This document shows positions 36,684 through 40,561 of a DNA stretch of 40,561 nt, one piece after another. Made by a program: the position numbers and the translations under genes. The stretch is from a virus (taxonomy: Duplodnaviria; Caudoviricetes), in the IMG/VR virus record IMGVR_UViG_3300028361_000056, positions 1-40,561 of that record; one strand, written 5' to 3'. Position 1 is the first letter of the stretch, and every line of letters starts with the position of its first letter. The notes beneath the pieces are model-generated. The model saw only the letters and a list, made by a program, of their open reading frames with translations. It was not told the origin of the DNA and searched no databases.

Positions 36684-38459
36684 ATGAATACTAAAAGAAA
36701 ATATAAAGATATAATTTGTAAACTATGTGATGGTAAATTTAAAACAAATGGATTCGCCACACATATAACTAATACACATAAAATTTCAATAGATGAGTAT
36801 GTAAATAAATTTGGAGAATATCGGCCAAAGAATTTAGATTATAATTTAAGATCAAAATCCAAGGATGGAAAATCTTGTTTAATATGTGGTGATAAGTTTG
36901 CATCCGAGCGTCATTTATCATTTCATATAAATAAATTCCACAATATAAGTAAAAGAGAGTATATCGTGAATTATGAATTAAATGGTGTAGTTCCCAAGTG
37001 TAAATGTGGATGTGGTGAGGAAGTTACTATAAAAGAACGTGGTAATAACCACTATAGTGAATATAAGAGTGGTCATAACAAATCTACATTAGGATATACG
37101 TTTTCAGATAAAAGTAAAAAGTTAATGTCAGATATTAGAATAAACAATCTAAATATAACTAAATCGGATACTGCTCCAGAATTATTATTTATAGATTTTT
37201 TAGAAGAAAACGATATAAATTATAAAAAACAAGTACAAACTGAATACGGTTGTATTGATTTCTATTTACCGGATTATAATAAATATGTTGAAATTGATGG
37301 TGAGTACTGGCATCCGACAAATTCAAAATCATTGACATTTATGCACATGAGTTCCAGAATTTCGGATTTTCGGAAATCTACTATGAACGATTTAATTCGT
37401 ATTCGAGAATTTGATGTTCCAATGTTACAATCGATAGAAGATTTAATAAAATATAATTATGTATATGATTTTACGTTAAATTATGATGATATAATTATAG
37501 AGAAATCATTTTATGAATCATATTTAGAACGAAAGGGTGTTGAAAAACTTCAATATTATATGTGGGTGGTTAAAAAGTTTATTCGAACATTTTCTCCTGA
37601 ATTTCCATATCCAAAAGCAGATGAAACCTTAAATGATGTACAAATATATATTGATAATTACGATTTCACACAATCTTATGATGAATCAAACAAGGAATTT
37701 AAAGGAACGTGTTATCATATAGGAAATTCTTATCTAAAATCAAAATTTAAATCATATTGGAATAGTAAGTATTCAAAAATGGGAAAAACTCCATTGGAAG
37801 CTTTTAACGATGATATTATTTTAAGTAAGATGTTATTTTTTGGAAGTGGATGTTTAGTTAATGGTCGGTCATATAATTTATCATTGAAAAAAATAATAAG
37901 CCACATATCACAGCATAAATACTGTGTATCATTTTTTAAACCATTACTTGCTGCTACTATTTATGACAATTTTTTAAAAGGTATTGAAACTCCAAAAGTA
38001 ATTGATCCTTGTGCTGGTTTTGGTGGCAGGATGGTGGGATTTAAGAGTCGATTCCCATTAGGTAAATATATTGGAATAGAACCCAATGAGGAAACATATA
38101 GTGAACTCGTTGAATTATCTAAATCATACAGTGGAATCACATTACATAACTGTACATTAGAAGAATATATTAAATCTGGAAAATCAATAGAATGTGACAT
38201 GACATTTACTAGCATTCCATACTATACAACTGAAATATATTCAAATCATATCGATTATGAATCATTTGAGGATTGGAAATTGGAATTTATTGGTAATTTG
38301 TTAAAATTTAAAAATTTAATACTAAATATTCCACAAAATTTAAAAGATTGTTTTCCTGATGAAATTATTGAAGATACATATTACATTAAGAATAATACAT
38401 CACATTTTAACCGAAGTAACGGTAATGTTAAGAGGGAACTACTATTAAAACTTAAATAA
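36684..38459 (+). CDS. Zn-finger/DUF559-like endonuclease fused to a SAM-dependent DNA amino-methyltransferase-like domain
   Basis: Two C2H2-like fingers, CKCGCG and IDFYLP..VEIDGEYWH, then IDPCAGFGGR, IGIEPN and FTSIPYY. Confidence 0.75.
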   Translation: MNTKRKYKDIICKLCDGKFKTNGFATHITNTHKISIDEYVNKFGEYRPKNLDYNLRSKSKDGKSCLICGDKFASERHLSFHINKFHNISKREYIVNYELNGVVPKCKCGCGEEVTIKERGNNHYSEYKSGHNKSTLGYTFSDKSKKLMSDIRINNLNITKSDTAPELLFIDFLEENDINYKKQVQTEYGCIDFYLPDYNKYVEIDGEYWHPTNSKSLTFMHMSSRISDFRKSTMNDLIRIREFDVPMLQSIEDLIKYNYVYDFTLNYDDIIIEKSFYESYLERKGVEKLQYYMWVVKKFIRTFSPEFPYPKADETLNDVQIYIDNYDFTQSYDESNKEFKGTCYHIGNSYLKSKFKSYWNSKYSKMGKTPLEAFNDDIILSKMLFFGSGCLVNGRSYNLSLKKIISHISQHKYCVSFFKPLLAATIYDNFLKGIETPKVIDPCAGFGGRMVGFKSRFPLGKYIGIEPNEETYSELVELSKSYSGITLHNCTLEEYIKSGKSIECDMTFTSIPYYTTEIYSNHIDYESFEDWKLEFIGNLLKFKNLILNIPQNLKDCFPDEIIEDTYYIKNNTSHFNRSNGNVKRELLLKLK

Positions 38460-38531
38460 TCCATAAAAACCTTATGTATCCCATTTATTATACATATATT
38501 TATTAAATTTATATTTATAATAAACCTTACT

Positions 38532-38753
38532 ATGAGTACATTACAGATTACCCTATCCGTTATTTTATCTATTATTAGTATTATATCGATTATCTGGTCC
38601 ATTCGGGAAATCAAATCTACACCGGAAACAATGGATTTCAATAATGATATACGTACAATTTTTAAATCACATTTAAAAGATAGTATTGCGGTTTCCATAT
38701 TGGTATTCCACATCTTTGCAATTTTAATATCAATTTTATATATTGTGTTTTAA
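38532..38753 (+). CDS. Small two-TM membrane protein
   Basis: Two hydrophobic helices; TATATTTATA at 38510-38519 upstream. Confidence 0.55.
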   Translation: MSTLQITLSVILSIISIISIIWSIREIKSTPETMDFNNDIRTIFKSHLKDSIAVSILVFHIFAILISILYIVF

Positions 38754-38807
38754 CAAACTAACCATCAAATATTCAAAATTATTAAATTATAAATAAATAA
38801 TAATAAG

Positions 38808-38861
38808 TGTTAAAATTTAACATTTTATATTAGGAATTCTCATGTCTTATTCGTATATTTA
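38808..38861 (+). promoter_or_regulatory. Bacteroidota-type promoter with full palindromic box
   Basis: TGTTAAAATTTAACA-N7-TTAG-N20-TATATTTA. Confidence 0.6.
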
Positions 38862-38888
38862 CTATGTAATAAGTTTTAAGAGAGAATT

Positions 38889-39515
38889 ATGAAAACTATA
38901 TTATTTATACTATCCTTTGTTTGTTTGTTTAACTTCAATACTTATTCACAATCTAATTGTGCATGTGATGATTCACAAATTGAATTATTAGCCTATGTGC
39001 CAATGAGGACATATCACTTCGACAGAACCCCATCCCTAGAATATCATAAAACCGAAGGTGGGAACATTGGAGTTGTTGGGGTTTATCGAAAAACCAAAAA
39101 AAACAACATATTTTATGATACTAATTTTGGTATTATTAGAAATTCATATAATAAGGTTTCAGTAATAGCTCAAAAGGGAATTGGATTCAAAACACGATTT
39201 GTTAATGTATCCGTGAACTTGGGATTAGTTTCTGGATACAAGATTTTGTTTGTTGAATCTATTGCAACCACTAGGACTATTACTATAGATCTCCCTCGTG
39301 GTGAGTTATTCGGTGATTCCCAAGTCAGTTTTGACAGGACAACTACAAGACATATTAAACCAAGTGTTATAAAGGAATATCTACCTGAAATCATGAGAGA
39401 ATGGGGAATAATTCCCACTGCAAACTTATCAATCTCACTAAACACAGGAATGATATCTCCCATGTTGGTTATATCTCCAGAATATTTAAACGCTGGAATA
39501 CTTGTTAAATTTTAA
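38889..39515 (+). CDS. Secreted, probable outer-membrane beta-barrel protein (PagP-like pattern)
   Basis: Signal peptide, amphipathic strands, TYHFDR..RNSY..GLVSGY, C-terminal Phe. Confidence 0.5.
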   Translation: MKTILFILSFVCLFNFNTYSQSNCACDDSQIELLAYVPMRTYHFDRTPSLEYHKTEGGNIGVVGVYRKTKKNNIFYDTNFGIIRNSYNKVSVIAQKGIGFKTRFVNVSVNLGLVSGYKILFVESIATTRTITIDLPRGELFGDSQVSFDRTTTRHIKPSVIKEYLPEIMREWGIIPTANLSISLNTGMISPMLVISPEYLNAGILVKF

Positions 39516-39556
39516 CAAATTAAATTAGGAATTGTAAAATGTAATTCGTACTTTGG
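39503..39556 (+). promoter_or_regulatory. Bacteroidota-type promoter with full palindromic box
   Basis: TGTTAAATTTTAACA-N7-TTAG-N20-TACTTTGG. Confidence 0.6.
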
Positions 39557-39696
39557 TAATCTTATAACTAAAAGGATAGAACTTATGAAACGAATAACAA
39601 TAACAATAGATGTTAACACAGATAGGGATTTAGAAAGTATTAAATCCGGACTACCCAAGGGAATGTTAATATAGTTTCAATAAAACAACATTAATT

Positions 39697-39906
39697 ATGA
39701 AAAACGTAAATTACATCAGAGAGACCATAGAAAGTTTTAATAACGCAGTGGTAATCAAGACAGAAGATTTGAATCCAAATGGATATACCCCTATCACCAA
39801 AATAACTTTCAAGGGAACGTTTTTTTCAATTCAAGGAATCAAACGAGTATTGGAACAAAAAGTTAAAGTTGGGGATAACCAAACATATTACGTAATAATT
39901 AAATAA
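39697..39906 (+). CDS. Hypothetical protein
   Basis: 69-aa ORF in a tight + strand run. Confidence 0.5.
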   Translation: MKNVNYIRETIESFNNAVVIKTEDLNPNGYTPITKITFKGTFFSIQGIKRVLEQKVKVGDNQTYYVIIK

Positions 39907-39912
39907 ATAATT

Positions 39913-40188
39913 ATGATAAACTGGAGAGAAATTTCAAAAGTAGGATTACCCAAAAATGACCAAATCGGGTATTTAGTATCCGATGGTGAAAACGTGGATT
40001 ACAGTGGCATTGAACTATGGTATGATTCCAAGATTGTGGCTGGGAAAATTAAATATGAACCGAATGGAAATGGAAAATGGATAGGAGGATCTGTATATGC
40101 GAATTATGAAGAAGTAAGTGGTACTACATTTGATTTTTACCCCACACATTGGTGTCCTGAAACTGAATTAAATTTACCAAAAAAATGA
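39913..40188 (+). CDS. Hypothetical phage protein (DUF551-like termini)
   Basis: W..IS...LP..YLV..G N-terminus and PTHW.P..LP C-terminus. Confidence 0.55.
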   Translation: MINWREISKVGLPKNDQIGYLVSDGENVDYSGIELWYDSKIVAGKIKYEPNGNGKWIGGSVYANYEEVSGTTFDFYPTHWCPETELNLPKK

Positions 40189-40385
40189 GTAAGATGACAG
40201 AATACTATCCAACGTTAGTAGGTAATAAATGGTACGCATCCTATAAACATAAGTGTTATTTAACGGATATCGTAAATGAACTACAATACCGTGACCTATT
40301 GGGTGATAAATTAGAATTCTATAATCGTGATCATGCAATCAATTGGTGTAATACTAGAAATGAATTGGATAATTTAACATATTAA
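40185..40385 (+). CDS. Hypothetical protein
   Basis: 66-aa ORF with ATGA overlap to the upstream gene. Confidence 0.5.
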   Translation: MSKMTEYYPTLVGNKWYASYKHKCYLTDIVNELQYRDLLGDKLEFYNRDHAINWCNTRNELDNLTY

Positions 40386-40418
40386 ATTTTGATATACTGA
40401 ATCAATTCACTACATTTG
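40373..40418 (+). promoter_or_regulatory. Bacteroidota consensus promoter with TTTAACA box
   Basis: TTTAACA-N7-TTTTG-N19-TACATTTG (exact TAnnTTTG). Confidence 0.7.
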
Positions 40419-40445
40419 TATATAATGATTAAAGAGATAGAAATT

Positions 40446-40561
40446 ATGAGTGACTACAAAGAATTTGATCGACATAGTTGTTTTGATAATAGAATCTTCG
40501 ATTTACATAGAAGAAATGTTTCCGATGTTTTTGAATGGGCAATGTGGGAGGATGGAAAGGA
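40446..40561 (+). CDS. Hypothetical protein, truncated by window end
   Basis: MSDYKEFDRHSCFDNRIF.. open to the end, 27 nt after the promoter. Confidence 0.5.
   Translation, partial: MSDYKEFDRHSCFDNRIFDLHRRNVSDVFEWAMWEDGK

Noticed and set aside
38532-38753. Holin assignment for the two-TM protein
   Set aside because: No adjacent endolysin and no charged C-terminal tail; topology alone is insufficient.
39585-39674. 29-aa ORF after the 39503 promoter
   Set aside because: Too short to support; it may be real or a remnant, so it was left uncalled.

Overview
AT-rich, almost entirely + strand segment of a large T4-like tailed phage. It probably infects a Bacteroidota host: there are TTTG-N20-TAnnTTTG-type promoters, A-rich starts without Shine-Dalgarno sites and a BACON domain. 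Gene order: gp46/SbcC ATPase, tail fibre with S74 chaperone, a ~1970-aa multi-enzyme gene broken into three ORFs, terminase, portal, a cluster of modular head-associated proteins including an ADP-ribosyltransferase, prohead protease, scaffold, major capsid protein, then early-type genes. Main points: (1) The three-piece gene joins an HxGH nucleotidyltransferase, ParB-like, CCA-adding enzyme, GNAT, HNH and KxDG ligase-like domains through (I/L/V)xE linkers that resemble prohead-protease sites, suggesting a capsid-packaged RNA/nucleotide repair polyprotein. (2) Four essential-looking genes are fractured. Three use split inteins (gp46, ligase-like, TerL); the CCA enzyme is cut by a homing endonuclease with no visible splicing element. 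(3) The intervening endonucleases form a decay series: intact, nonsense-mutated, and a 26-codon relic. (4) Two recurrent promoter-like motif classes are present. All assignments come from motif reading by eye; no searches were run.
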